From a virus (Duplodnaviria; Heunggongvirae; Uroviricota; Caudoviricetes), in the IMG/VR virus record IMGVR_UViG_2526164628_000018: a stretch of DNA of 7,463 nucleotides; one strand, 5' to 3'. Positions 1 through 7,163 of the stretch are shown piece after piece. Positions within the stretch are counted from its first letter, which is position 1; the number at the start of each line of letters is the position of its first letter. The translations under genes were made by a program, and so were the position numbers. The notes under the pieces were generated by a model. It saw only the letters and a list, made by a program, of their open reading frames with translations, did not search any database and was not told where the DNA came from.

Positions 1-981
1 TTATAACGTCACTCCGCCTTTTAGTGGATTCAGAGCGACGGCGTTCTGCAGGTAGTCAGGCGCAAGGTGCGCATAGGTCATTGTCTGCTGAATGCTCGCA
101 TGCCCCAGAATCTGTTGCAGTGCAATTATGTTGCCCCCATTCATCATGAAATGGCTTGCGAATGTATGCCGCAGAATGTGGGTTGCCTGATTGGGAGGTA
201 TATCAGGTTTCACTCTGCGTAAAATCCCGCAAAACTTCTCATAATCTACCTTGAACAATTTGGCGCTGGCCTCCTCTTTAACTTTTTTCTCCAGTTCCTC
301 AGAAATCGGCACTGTTCGCTTTTTACCGTTTTTGGTTTTCAGGAAGGTAACCCTGCAACTTGTAATCTGTGCTGGTTTTAGTGTGGCAACTTCCGTCCAC
401 CTTCCTCCAGTGCTCAGACATAAAAGCGCGACAAGTAAGTCATCACCAGTCAAAACATTTAGCAGTTTTTCGATTTCTGCTTTTTCCAGGAACGTCATTT
501 CAGGGTTAGCCTCCGTCAGTGGCGGCAGTCCGTGAATTGGGTGTTGCCCGGAAAATTCATCCAATTGAATTAATTTTGTGAACATGCCGGATAATCGGTA
601 CATGTCGCGGTTTATCGTTGCAGCACTGATGCCATCACGTAGTCGCATGGAGCGATAATCCATCAAAGCCCTTTTGTTCATCCGACTCACTGGTATATCA
701 CCTATGCCGCTGATGGTTTTGAGCAGATGATTAAACTCTTTTGTCCCATGCTCGTGGTTTTGCCCGTGGTATTTCCACCAGATGTCGAGCAATTCTGTCA
801 AAGTTCGGCGGTCTGCTCGCTGGCCTCCCCATTCTTTCTGACTGGCATTGGCGATTGTGTATCGCTCAAATGCTAGTGCTTCAGCTTTTCTTTCAAATTT
901 CCTGCGGATGCGTTTTCCGTTGCGACCGCGAGGTCTAATGTCCACTTCATAGCGACCATCATCGAGCTTCTTAATTGCCAT
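1..981 (-). CDS. int: P2-family tyrosine recombinase / phage integrase (326 aa from the MAIKKLDDG start; an upstream in-frame ATG at 1011 would give 336 aa)
   Basis: Full-length minus-strand ORF with stop at 1-3. The N-terminus MAIKKLDDGRYEVDIRPRGRNGKRIRRKF matches my recollection of P2-type integrases. The C-terminus carries the tyrosine recombinase catalytic signature (arginine in GGRWTEV, HILRHTF box, and nucleophile tyrosine in QTMTYAHL). A GGAGGG Shine-Dalgarno sits about 8 nt upstream of the ATG at 979-981, whereas the ATG at 1011 has none. Confidence 0.9.
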   Translation of the reverse strand: MAIKKLDDGRYEVDIRPRGRNGKRIRRKFERKAEALAFERYTIANASQKEWGGQRADRRTLTELLDIWWKYHGQNHEHGTKEFNHLLKTISGIGDIPVSRMNKRALMDYRSMRLRDGISAATINRDMYRLSGMFTKLIQLDEFSGQHPIHGLPPLTEANPEMTFLEKAEIEKLLNVLTGDDLLVALLCLSTGGRWTEVATLKPAQITSCRVTFLKTKNGKKRTVPISEELEKKVKEEASAKLFKVDYEKFCGILRRVKPDIPPNQATHILRHTFASHFMMNGGNIIALQQILGHASIQQTMTYAHLAPDYLQNAVALNPLKGGVTL

Positions 982-1050
982 AAGAAAGCCCTCCGGCGCT
1001 GTATTCACCATCTTGGTGGCAAATGGTGAAAATGTAATTTTTATATAGAG

Positions 1051-1344
1051 TTAGCCAATCCTTTTCGCGGAGTGGTTGGATTCTGTTGACTCTGGCCCAC
1101 TGTGCGCGAGAGCCGGTGCGATTTGTCCCGCTTCCGGCGCTGTTTTATCTGTCATGAGCCATAGTGTGTATTTTTGGAACTGAGGTGCATTGGTGACCTG
1201 CAACACAACTTGGATGCCAGGGTCTTGATGGCCTCCTTCGTAATTCTTTAGCGTTCCTAACGCTATGCCGCTGATTTCACTGAATTTTGCTTGAGTTAGC
1301 CCTTCCGATTGTCTTATTGCTCTTAATTTCTGTGCGATATTCAT
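1051..1344 (-). CDS. C: P2-type immunity repressor C (97 aa, helix-turn-helix)
   Basis: Small ORF immediately upstream of int on the same strand, as in the P2 C-int operon. It has an N-terminal HTH-like segment (LTQAKFSEISGIALGTLKNYE) and a C-terminal QFQKYTLWLMTDKTAPEAGQIAPALAH block that I recall as conserved in P2 C-like repressors. Its start abuts the divergent promoter region. Confidence 0.8.
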   Translation of the reverse strand: MNIAQKLRAIRQSEGLTQAKFSEISGIALGTLKNYEGGHQDPGIQVVLQVTNAPQFQKYTLWLMTDKTAPEAGQIAPALAHSGPESTESNHSAKRIG

Positions 1345-1374
1345 TTGACATAGTCCTGACTTAATGACTATATT
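1345..1374 (+). promoter_or_regulatory. Candidate early promoter Pe (sigma70-like) with overlapping candidate repressor operator repeats
   Basis: Consensus -35 TTGACA at 1345-1350, an 18-bp spacer, and -10 TATATT at 1369-1374, oriented toward cox. Tandem direct repeats TGACTTAA (1357-1364) and TGACTATA (1365-1372) overlap the spacer and -10. P2-type C repressors are known to bind direct repeats flanking the Pe -10. I could not place the leftward Pc promoter confidently. Confidence 0.45.
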
Positions 1375-1480
1375 CCCCGAAAAAGGTCATTAATCCAGAA
1401 CCTTTTCGGGCGTGAGTCCAGCGCCGCTTAAACGGTTCCAAGCGGTTTTTAAGGGGCTGGATCCTATGAGGGTAACATAG

Positions 1481-1753
1481 ATGGAAGTTAATGATTATGT
1501 GATTAAGTACCCGCTTGATGCGGTACATGCGGAAAAGTTTGCAGATTTATTGGGTAAACCAAAAACCGCAGTTACAGAAATGATAAAGGCTAACAAGCTA
1601 CCGGTTATCGAGCTTCGAGATCCAAATAAGCCGAAGGCCCGCGCCGGTGAGAAATGGGTTTTCATTCCAGAGTTTAATCGCGCTGTACGTGAGGCGTTTT
1701 ATAACCGACCGGTTGAACAGCGTGATGCATGGCTTTTGTGGATGGGGTTGTGA
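1481..1753 (+). CDS. cox: Cox-like excisionase / transcriptional regulator (90 aa)
   Basis: First gene of the rightward operon, divergent from C, with the length and position of P2 Cox. GAGGG Shine-Dalgarno at 1469-1473, 7 nt before the ATG. Basic, DNA-binding-like composition. Confidence 0.75.
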   Translation: MEVNDYVIKYPLDAVHAEKFADLLGKPKTAVTEMIKANKLPVIELRDPNKPKARAGEKWVFIPEFNRAVREAFYNRPVEQRDAWLLWMGL

Positions 1754-1755
1754 TT

Positions 1756-1926
1756 ATGAATGAGCCGCGTTGTATTGCGCAGTTACTGCGTAACGAAAGC
1801 CCCAGGGCGATTGACTTCACCATCACCCACGGTAAGGGGCGTAAGGGAATCATTATCCGCACCAAAAAACAGAGTCCGTTAAAAAAGGCTCTGAACTTTC
1901 TGAAAAGCCGGAGGGTCTGGAAATGA
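1756..1926 (+). CDS. Small basic hypothetical protein (56 aa), in the position of the P2 small ORF between cox and B
   Basis: ATG at 1756 lies 2 nt after the cox stop (1751-1753). Its stop overlaps the B start as ATGA (1923-1926). The Shine-Dalgarno is weak (GGGG). The upstream in-frame ATG at 1729 has no Shine-Dalgarno and would overlap cox. Confidence 0.5.
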   Translation: MNEPRCIAQLLRNESPRAIDFTITHGKGRKGIIIRTKKQSPLKKALNFLKSRRVWK

Positions 1927-2423
1927 CAGTGATGACACTTAATCTCGTCGAAAAACAGCCAGCAGCTATGCGCCGGATAATTGGTAAGCATCTGGCCGTC
2001 CCTCGCTGGCAGGAGACATGTGATTATTATAATCAGATGATGGAACGTGAACGGCTAACGGTTTGCTTCCATGCGCAGTTAAAACAACGTCACGCAACGA
2101 TGCGTTTCGAAGAAATGAACGATGTCGAACGTGAACGGCTGGTTTGTGCAATTGATGAATTGCGTGGGGCATTCTCAAAACGCCGTCAGGTCGGTGCAAG
2201 TGAGTATGCATATATTAGTTTTTTAACAGTCAGTCAGCGGCGTACTTTATTTATGCATGCCAGATTGACAGAAAAAGAATTCAACCAGCCATACTGGCTA
2301 ATTAATGAAAAATCATGTTACTGGCGTGATGCTTTATTCCGTGCATTACGTGAATTATTCAGTCTGTTTGAGTATGCACCGACAATTCTGACATCGGTAA
2401 AACCAGAGCAATATCTGCATTAA
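1923..2423 (+). CDS. B: P2 gene B-like replication protein (166 aa; helicase-loader-type accessory factor)
   Basis: A 166-aa ORF matching the length and position of P2 B. GGAGG at 1910-1914 sits 8 nt upstream, and the start overlaps the preceding stop (ATGA). The assignment rests on synteny and recalled similarity, not on a catalytic motif. Confidence 0.8.
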   Translation: MTVMTLNLVEKQPAAMRRIIGKHLAVPRWQETCDYYNQMMERERLTVCFHAQLKQRHATMRFEEMNDVERERLVCAIDELRGAFSKRRQVGASEYAYISFLTVSQRRTLFMHARLTEKEFNQPYWLINEKSCYWRDALFRALRELFSLFEYAPTILTSVKPEQYLH

Positions 2424-2486
2424 GCAATTAACCAGAGTTTTTAACGCACTTAATTGTGCGGGGCTTCTTTTTGCCTGGAGAAAGTC

Positions 2487-2711
2487 ATGCATACAGTTTC
2501 TGAAAATCAGTGCGGTAAATACGCATTACTGCTGCAACAGGCCAGAACCGAAGCACAGGCCGACGCTGCGACGCGCTTTTCTTCTCATCTTGACGCCATG
2601 ATTCGCCACATCACAAAGGCGGAGTTATCCCGCGTGGAGATAGTTGAGCTGCTCAGTCAGGAGTCGGAAAAATTTCACAATATCGGATTGTCTCGCGGGG
2701 AGGTGCTTTGA
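2487..2711 (+). CDS. Hypothetical early-operon protein (74 aa; P2 orf80-like position)
   Basis: ATG at 2487 is preceded by GGAG at 2477-2480 (6-nt spacing). The ORF-track start at 2454 has no Shine-Dalgarno. The stop TGA at 2709-2711 overlaps the next start. Confidence 0.6.
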   Translation: MHTVSENQCGKYALLLQQARTEAQADAATRFSSHLDAMIRHITKAELSRVEIVELLSQESEKFHNIGLSRGEVL

Positions 2712-3013
2712 TGTCCTGTTCTCGTTCGGTTGTATTACTGAATAACGCCTTAAAAATCGCCGTTATGAAAAATGGTGATTTGTCTCTTATTCAACTTGGT
2801 ATTGATAAAGAGAAGCGCGAAATAACTGAATCTGTTATCACGATTTATCAGAGTGAATTAAACCTCCTGTCTGATGTGGTCAATTTACTTGTTAAACGCG
2901 CTGTATTCCACAAGCAAATTTCCTCAGTGGATGAACTGACAAAATTAACGACAGAACTCGCCAGTTATTGCGCTGATGAATTTAAGAAGCTGAACGACAA
3001 AAGGAGCTGGTAA
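2711..3013 (+). CDS. Hypothetical early-operon protein (100 aa; P2 orf81-like position)
   Basis: ATG at 2711 overlaps the upstream stop (TGATG). GGAGG at 2699-2703 sits 7 nt upstream. The ORF-track start at 2708 is a TTG. Confidence 0.6.
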   Translation: MSCSRSVVLLNNALKIAVMKNGDLSLIQLGIDKEKREITESVITIYQSELNLLSDVVNLLVKRAVFHKQISSVDELTKLTTELASYCADEFKKLNDKRSW

Positions 3014-3237
3014 TGCCGGACAACGTGGATTTTATTCAGGAACAACAGGCTGAATTACTGGAGCGCCAGATTAACGCGGCAAGGGTAAAACATTGCGGTG
3101 TTTCTGCGCTGGTTTGCGAAGAGTGTGACGCGCCAATACCTGCTGCCCGTCGTGCGGCTTATCCGTCAGCCACGCGTTGTGTTTCCTGTCAGTCAGTCTT
3201 TGAAGCAAAAAACAAACATTACCGGAGAACGGCATGA
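3013..3237 (+). CDS. TraR/DksA-family C4-type zinc-finger protein (74 aa; P2 orf82-like)
   Basis: Paired CxxC motifs (CEEC and CVSC) with the spacing typical of phage TraR/DksA-like zinc fingers. AAGGAG at 3001-3006 sits 6 nt upstream. The start overlaps the upstream stop (TAATG). Confidence 0.75.
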   Translation: MPDNVDFIQEQQAELLERQINAARVKHCGVSALVCEECDAPIPAARRAAYPSATRCVSCQSVFEAKNKHYRRTA

Positions 3238-3509
3238 GTATTCGTATTGAAATTGGCGAACGTTATGTCGTTACCAGTGACAGCTTTCAGTTTATTCTCC
3301 ACGAGAAAAAGAGAGCGGAAAGCGGTAAAAACGCCGGTCAGGAATGGCTGGCGGTGGTTGGTTATTACCCGAAATTAGGCCAGCTCGTTTCCGGCCTGAT
3401 GCATCACGATATTCTGACCGGAAGCGCAAAATCTTTTGCTGATTTAAACGCGCAGGTTGAGCAACTCAGCAAGCGTTGTTCAGAGGCTTTTGGCTCATAT
3501 GGCCGTTAA
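3234..3509 (+). CDS. Hypothetical early-operon protein (91 aa; P2 orf83-like position)
   Basis: ATG at 3234 overlaps the upstream stop (ATGA). GGAG at 3224-3227 sits 6 nt upstream. Its 3' end overlaps the A start by 11 nt. Confidence 0.6.
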   Translation: MSIRIEIGERYVVTSDSFQFILHEKKRAESGKNAGQEWLAVVGYYPKLGQLVSGLMHHDILTGSAKSFADLNAQVEQLSKRCSEAFGSYGR

Positions 3510-5775
3510 AGCCTCCGGGCGTTTTGTCCCTCCGTCAGCATTTACCGCAGGCACCGGTAAGGCGTTTACCGGTGCTTATGCATGGAACGCGCCACGCGAG
3601 GCTGTCGGGCGCGAAAGACCTCTTACACGTGACGAGATGCGTCAGGTGCAAGGTGTTTTATCCACGATTAACCGCCTGCCTTACTTTTTGCGCTCGCTGT
3701 TTACTTCACGCTATGACTACATCCGGCGCAATAAAAGCCCGGTGCACGGGTTTTATTTCCTCACATCCACTTTTCAGCGTCGTTTATGGCCGCGCATTGA
3801 GCGTGTGAATCAGCGCCATGAAATGAACACCGACGCGTCGTTGCTGTTTCTGGCAGAGCGTGACCACTATGCGCGCCTGCCGGGAATGAATGACAAGGAG
3901 CTGAAAAAGTTTGCCGCCCGTATCTCATCGCAGCTTTTCATGATGTATGAGGAACTCTGCGATGCATGGGTTGATGCGCATGGTGAAAAAGAATCGCTGT
4001 TTACGGATGAGGCGCAGGCTCACCTGTATGGTCATGTTGCTGGCGCTGCACGTGCTTTCAATATTTCCCCGCTCTACTGGAAAAAATACCGTAAAGGACA
4101 GATGACCACGAGGCAGGCATATTCTGCCATTGCCCGTCTGTTTAACGATGAGTGGTGGACTCATCAGCTTAAAGGCCAGCGTATGCGCTGGCATGAAGCG
4201 TTACTGATAGCTGTCGGGGAGGTCAATAAAGACCGTTCTCCTTATGCCAGTAAACACGCCATTCGTGATGTGCGTGCGCGCCGCCAGGCAAATCTGGAAT
4301 TTCTTAAATCGTGTGACCTTGAAAACAGGGAAACCGGCGAGCGCATCGACCTTATCAGTAAGGTGATGGGCAGTATTTCTAATCCTGAAATTCGCCGGAT
4401 GGAGCTGATGAACACCATTGCCGGTATTGAGCGTTACGCCGCCGCAGAGGGCGATGTGGGGATGTTTATCACGCTGACCGCACCGTCAAAGTATCACCCG
4501 ACACGTCAGGTCGGAAAAGGCGAAAGTAAAACCGTGCAGCTTAATCACGGCTGGAACGATGAGGCATTTAATCCAAAGGATGCGCAGCGTTATCTCTGCC
4601 GTATCTGGAGCCTGATGCGCACGGCATTCAAGGATAATGATTTACAGGTTTACGGTTTGCGAGTCGTCGAGCCACACCACGACGGAACGCCGCACTGGCA
4701 TATGATGCTTTTTTGTAATCCACGCCAGCGTAACCAGATTATTGAAATCATGCGTCGCTACGCGCTCAAAGAGGATGGCGACGAAAGAGGAGCTGCGCGA
4801 AACCGTTTTCAGGCAAAACACCTTAACCGGGGCGGTGCTGCGGGATATATCGCGAAATACATTTCAAAAAACATCGACGGCTATGCACTGGATGGTCAGC
4901 TCGATAACGATACCGGCAGGCCGCTGAAAGACACTGCCGCGGCTGTTACCGCATGGGCGTCAACGTGGCGCATTCCGCAATTTAAAACGGTTGGCCTGCC
5001 GACAATGGGGGCTTACCGTGAACTACGCAAATTGCCTCGCGGCGTCAGCATTGCTGATGAGTTTGACGAGCGCGTCGAGGCTGCACGCGCCGCCGCAGAC
5101 AGTGGTGATTTTGCGTTGTATATCAGCGCGCAGGGTGGGGCAAATGTCCCGCGCGATTGTCAGACTGTCAGGGTCGCCCGTAGCCCGTCGGATGACGTTA
5201 ACGAGTACGAGGAAGAAGTCGAGAGAGTGGTCGGCATTTACGCGCCGCATCTCGGCGCGCGTCATATTCATATCACCAGAACGACGGACTGGCGCATTGT
5301 GCCGAAAGTTCCGGTCGTTGAGCCTTTGACTTTAAAAAGCGGCATCGCCGCGCCTCGGAGTCCTGTCAATAACTGTGGAAAGCTCACCGGTGGTGATACT
5401 TCGTTACCGGCTCCCACACCTTCTGAGCACGCCGCAGCAGTGCTTAATCTGGTTGATGACGGTGTTATCGAATGGAATGACCCGGAGGTCGTGAGGGCGC
5501 TCAAAAGCGCATTAAAACACGGCCTGAGAAGACCAAACCGTCAGCAAAGAAACGGAAACCCGTTAAAACCACATGAAATTGCACCATCGGCCAGACTGAG
5601 CCGGTCGGAGCGATTGCAAATCACCCGTATCCGCGTTGACCTTGCTCAGAATGGAATCTTGCCCCAGCGATGGGAGCTTGAGGCGCTGGCGCGTGGGGCA
5701 ACCGTAAATTATGACGGGAAAAAATTCACGTATCCGGTTGCTGATGAGTGGTCGGTTTTTTCAATTAAACAATAA
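3499..5775 (+). CDS. A: P2 gpA-type rolling-circle replication initiation endonuclease (758 aa)
   Basis: First ATG in frame (the track start at 3457 is a TTG). Carries the rolling-circle metal-binding motif in VEPHHDGTPHWHMMLF and the paired active-site tyrosines in GYIAKYISKNIDGY (phiX174 A / P2 A superfamily). Length is close to P2 A and it sits at the end of the early operon. Confidence 0.9.
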   Translation: MAVKASGRFVPPSAFTAGTGKAFTGAYAWNAPREAVGRERPLTRDEMRQVQGVLSTINRLPYFLRSLFTSRYDYIRRNKSPVHGFYFLTSTFQRRLWPRIERVNQRHEMNTDASLLFLAERDHYARLPGMNDKELKKFAARISSQLFMMYEELCDAWVDAHGEKESLFTDEAQAHLYGHVAGAARAFNISPLYWKKYRKGQMTTRQAYSAIARLFNDEWWTHQLKGQRMRWHEALLIAVGEVNKDRSPYASKHAIRDVRARRQANLEFLKSCDLENRETGERIDLISKVMGSISNPEIRRMELMNTIAGIERYAAAEGDVGMFITLTAPSKYHPTRQVGKGESKTVQLNHGWNDEAFNPKDAQRYLCRIWSLMRTAFKDNDLQVYGLRVVEPHHDGTPHWHMMLFCNPRQRNQIIEIMRRYALKEDGDERGAARNRFQAKHLNRGGAAGYIAKYISKNIDGYALDGQLDNDTGRPLKDTAAAVTAWASTWRIPQFKTVGLPTMGAYRELRKLPRGVSIADEFDERVEAARAAADSGDFALYISAQGGANVPRDCQTVRVARSPSDDVNEYEEEVERVVGIYAPHLGARHIHITRTTDWRIVPKVPVVEPLTLKSGIAAPRSPVNNCGKLTGGDTSLPAPTPSEHAAAVLNLVDDGVIEWNDPEVVRALKSALKHGLRRPNRQQRNGNPLKPHEIAPSARLSRSERLQITRIRVDLAQNGILPQRWELEALARGATVNYDGKKFTYPVADEWSVFSIKQ
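5350..5369 (+). other. Candidate origin of replication / gpA nick site inside gene A
   Basis: In P2 and 186 the origin is known to lie inside the 3' part of gene A. The sequence GCGCCTCGGAGTCCTGTCAA matches my unverified recollection of the P2 ori cleavage region. Confidence 0.3.
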
Positions 5776-5827
5776 TGGCTACTGCCGCAGCGTTGTGGGA
5801 ATGCTATAGTGTTTGTAGAATTATCCC

Positions 5828-5858
5828 ATGAAAAACAACTAATTAATCTGTTTTTCAT
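5828..5858. repeat. Perfect 10-bp inverted repeat (ATGAAAAACA ... TGTTTTTCAT) with an 11-bp spacer containing the palindrome TAATTA
   Basis: Read directly from the sequence. Located in the AT-rich gap between A and the methyltransferase gene. The stem is almost entirely A/T, so it looks more like a protein-binding site than an intrinsic terminator. Confidence 0.5.
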
Positions 5859-5922
5859 ATTGAACTAATTTTTTATGGCCACAGTTGTTAAAAAGTGAGA
5901 ACATAATCTTGTTCAAAACCTG

Positions 5923-5951
5923 CTTCTATATACGGAGGCTTTCGCTATAAT
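5923..5951 (+). promoter_or_regulatory. Candidate promoter for the methyltransferase gene
   Basis: Perfect -10 TATAAT at 5946-5951 with AT-rich upstream DNA. The -35 at 5923-5928 (CTTCTA) is poor. The predicted start would give a short leader carrying the strong AGGAGG Shine-Dalgarno at 5966-5971. Confidence 0.3.
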
Positions 5952-5976
5952 ACGCGGTCGGTTTTAGGAGGGGATA

Positions 5977-6921
5977 ATGCCAACAGTAGTTTCACTTTTT
6001 TCTGGATGCGGTGGTTCCGATGCGGGGGTTCTGAGAGCTGGCTTTGATGTGCTTATGGCCAACGATATCTTGCCGTATGCGCGCGATGTTTATATTGCCA
6101 ATCATCCAGAAACTGATTACATTTTAGGCAATATTGCTGATGTAACTACTTTTCCTAAATCTGATTTGCTAGTAGGTTGTTATCCATGTCAGGGATTCAG
6201 CCAGGGTGGTGCGCGTAAGGCCGATCGAAAAATTAATACTCTTTATTTAGAGTTTGCTAGAGCTTTAAACAATATAAAGCCTAAAGCTTTTATAGTAGAA
6301 AACGTGTCTGGTATGGTTAGAAAAAACTTCGAGCATTTGTTATCTGACCAGATCAGGGTTTTTACTGAAGCAGGTTATGCTGTTTCAGCAAAAGTTTTGA
6401 ATGCGGCTGAATATGGAGTAGCGCAGGAAAGAAAAAGAATATTTATCGTAGGAATCCGTAATGATTTCAAAGTTAAGTACGAGTTCCCTCAGCCAACTCA
6501 TGGGCCGGCGACTGGCGTCAACTATGTTACTATTAAAGATGCTATAGGGCATTTACCTGAATGGCCAGAAGGTGAATTTTATGATATGGGGTTCCATTGG
6601 TATTATATGTCTCGCAATCGTCGCCAAGATTGGGATCAAATTTCAAAGACAATAGTTGCTAATGCAAGGCATATGCCGTTGCATCCTATCAGTCCTTCGA
6701 TGGAGAAAGTAAGAACTGATGAATGGAGGTTTGTTGAGGATCGGAGAGCTCGCAGATTCAGTTTTCGAGAGGCAGCACTATTACAAGGGTTTGAGGATCT
6801 AGTGTTTCCCGAAACAAATGCTGCAAGTCTTGGCATGAAATACACGGTGGTTGGTAATGCAGTGCCTCCGCCGCTTTTTGAAGCTGTAACGAAGGCATTG
6901 CCAATAGAATTATGGGATTGA
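5977..6921 (+). CDS. DNA (cytosine-5)-methyltransferase (314 aa), complete, with all canonical motifs
   Basis: Motif I FSGCGG (SAM binding), motif IV GCYPCQGFS (catalytic Cys in PCQ), motif VI ENVSGM, motif VIII QERKRIFIVG, a variable region of about 130 aa, motif IX RRFSFREAALLQGF and motif X GNAVPPPL. AGGAGG Shine-Dalgarno 5 nt upstream. Spot counts of 100-bp samples give roughly 31-53% G+C (mean near 40%) against about 60% in one sample of A. Confidence 0.9.
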   Translation: MPTVVSLFSGCGGSDAGVLRAGFDVLMANDILPYARDVYIANHPETDYILGNIADVTTFPKSDLLVGCYPCQGFSQGGARKADRKINTLYLEFARALNNIKPKAFIVENVSGMVRKNFEHLLSDQIRVFTEAGYAVSAKVLNAAEYGVAQERKRIFIVGIRNDFKVKYEFPQPTHGPATGVNYVTIKDAIGHLPEWPEGEFYDMGFHWYYMSRNRRQDWDQISKTIVANARHMPLHPISPSMEKVRTDEWRFVEDRRARRFSFREAALLQGFEDLVFPETNAASLGMKYTVVGNAVPPPLFEAVTKALPIELWD

Positions 6922-6928
6922 TAAGCTA

Positions 6929-7163
6929 TTAAGGCTCTGGATTTAATGTATAAAGTTCTTCTTCAAATTCGCGAAACCAATCAGAGGTAGTTATCGCTTC
7001 CCATTGGTTTGCCTTATCAAGTAGATATATGATCCTCAACCTATCTAATAATAATACACCAGCGGTTGCATGTGTGCTTACCCATTCGCCATTTGCTTCC
7101 CGATAGAAAACAGGCGTGAACATTGTTGATGGATGCTGGAAAGCAATTTGGAAATAGGTGGTC
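6929..7163 (-). pseudogene. 3' fragment (77 codons) of an unknown gene convergent with the methyltransferase, apparently truncated by the IS3 insertion
   Basis: The minus-strand frame is open from the IS terminus at 7164 down to the TAA at 6929-6931. The first in-frame stop upstream lies inside the IS (7169-7171). The only ATG (7121-7123) has no Shine-Dalgarno. The stop is 7 bp from the methyltransferase stop. G+C is low, like the methyltransferase gene. Confidence 0.45.

Noticed and set aside
1-60. Possible attachment site or tRNA at the integrase-distal edge
   Set aside because: The integrase stop codon is at 1-3, so any att core or flanking host tRNA would lie outside the window. Nothing tRNA-like is present.
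251-938. Plus-strand ORFs 251-535 and 741-938
   Set aside because: Both lie antisense inside the integrase gene, have no ribosome-binding sites and low-complexity composition. They are shadow ORFs.
1005-1017. Small inverted repeat CACCA-TCT-TGGTG upstream of the integrase start
   Set aside because: Only 5 bp, so it could easily be chance. No basis to call it a regulatory structure.
1674-2211. Minus-strand ORFs 1674-1991 and 1966-2211
   Set aside because: Antisense to cox, the small ORF and B in a tightly packed coupled operon. No supporting signals.
2445-2472. Hairpin CGCAC-TTAATT-GTGCG followed by a T-rich run between B and the next ORF
   Set aside because: The stem is only 5 bp and the T-run is interrupted and offset. 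It is too weak to call an intrinsic terminator, and the downstream genes look co-transcribed. At most a partial attenuator.
3476-5504. Nested ORFs inside gene A (3476-3808, 3925-4194, 4742-4927, 4991-5329, 5023-5271, 5268-5504)
   Set aside because: Alternative-frame or antisense ORFs of the kind expected in a long, G+C-rich gene. The A frame carries the recognisable rolling-circle motifs.
5776-5832. 18-codon ORF immediately after the A stop (MATAAALWECYSVCRIIP)
   Set aside because: Too short, with no ribosome-binding site. More likely a remnant at the cargo junction than a gene.
6636-6845. Minus-strand ORF antisense to the methyltransferase
   Set aside because: Lies wholly inside the methyltransferase gene, which has complete canonical motifs. 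No Shine-Dalgarno.
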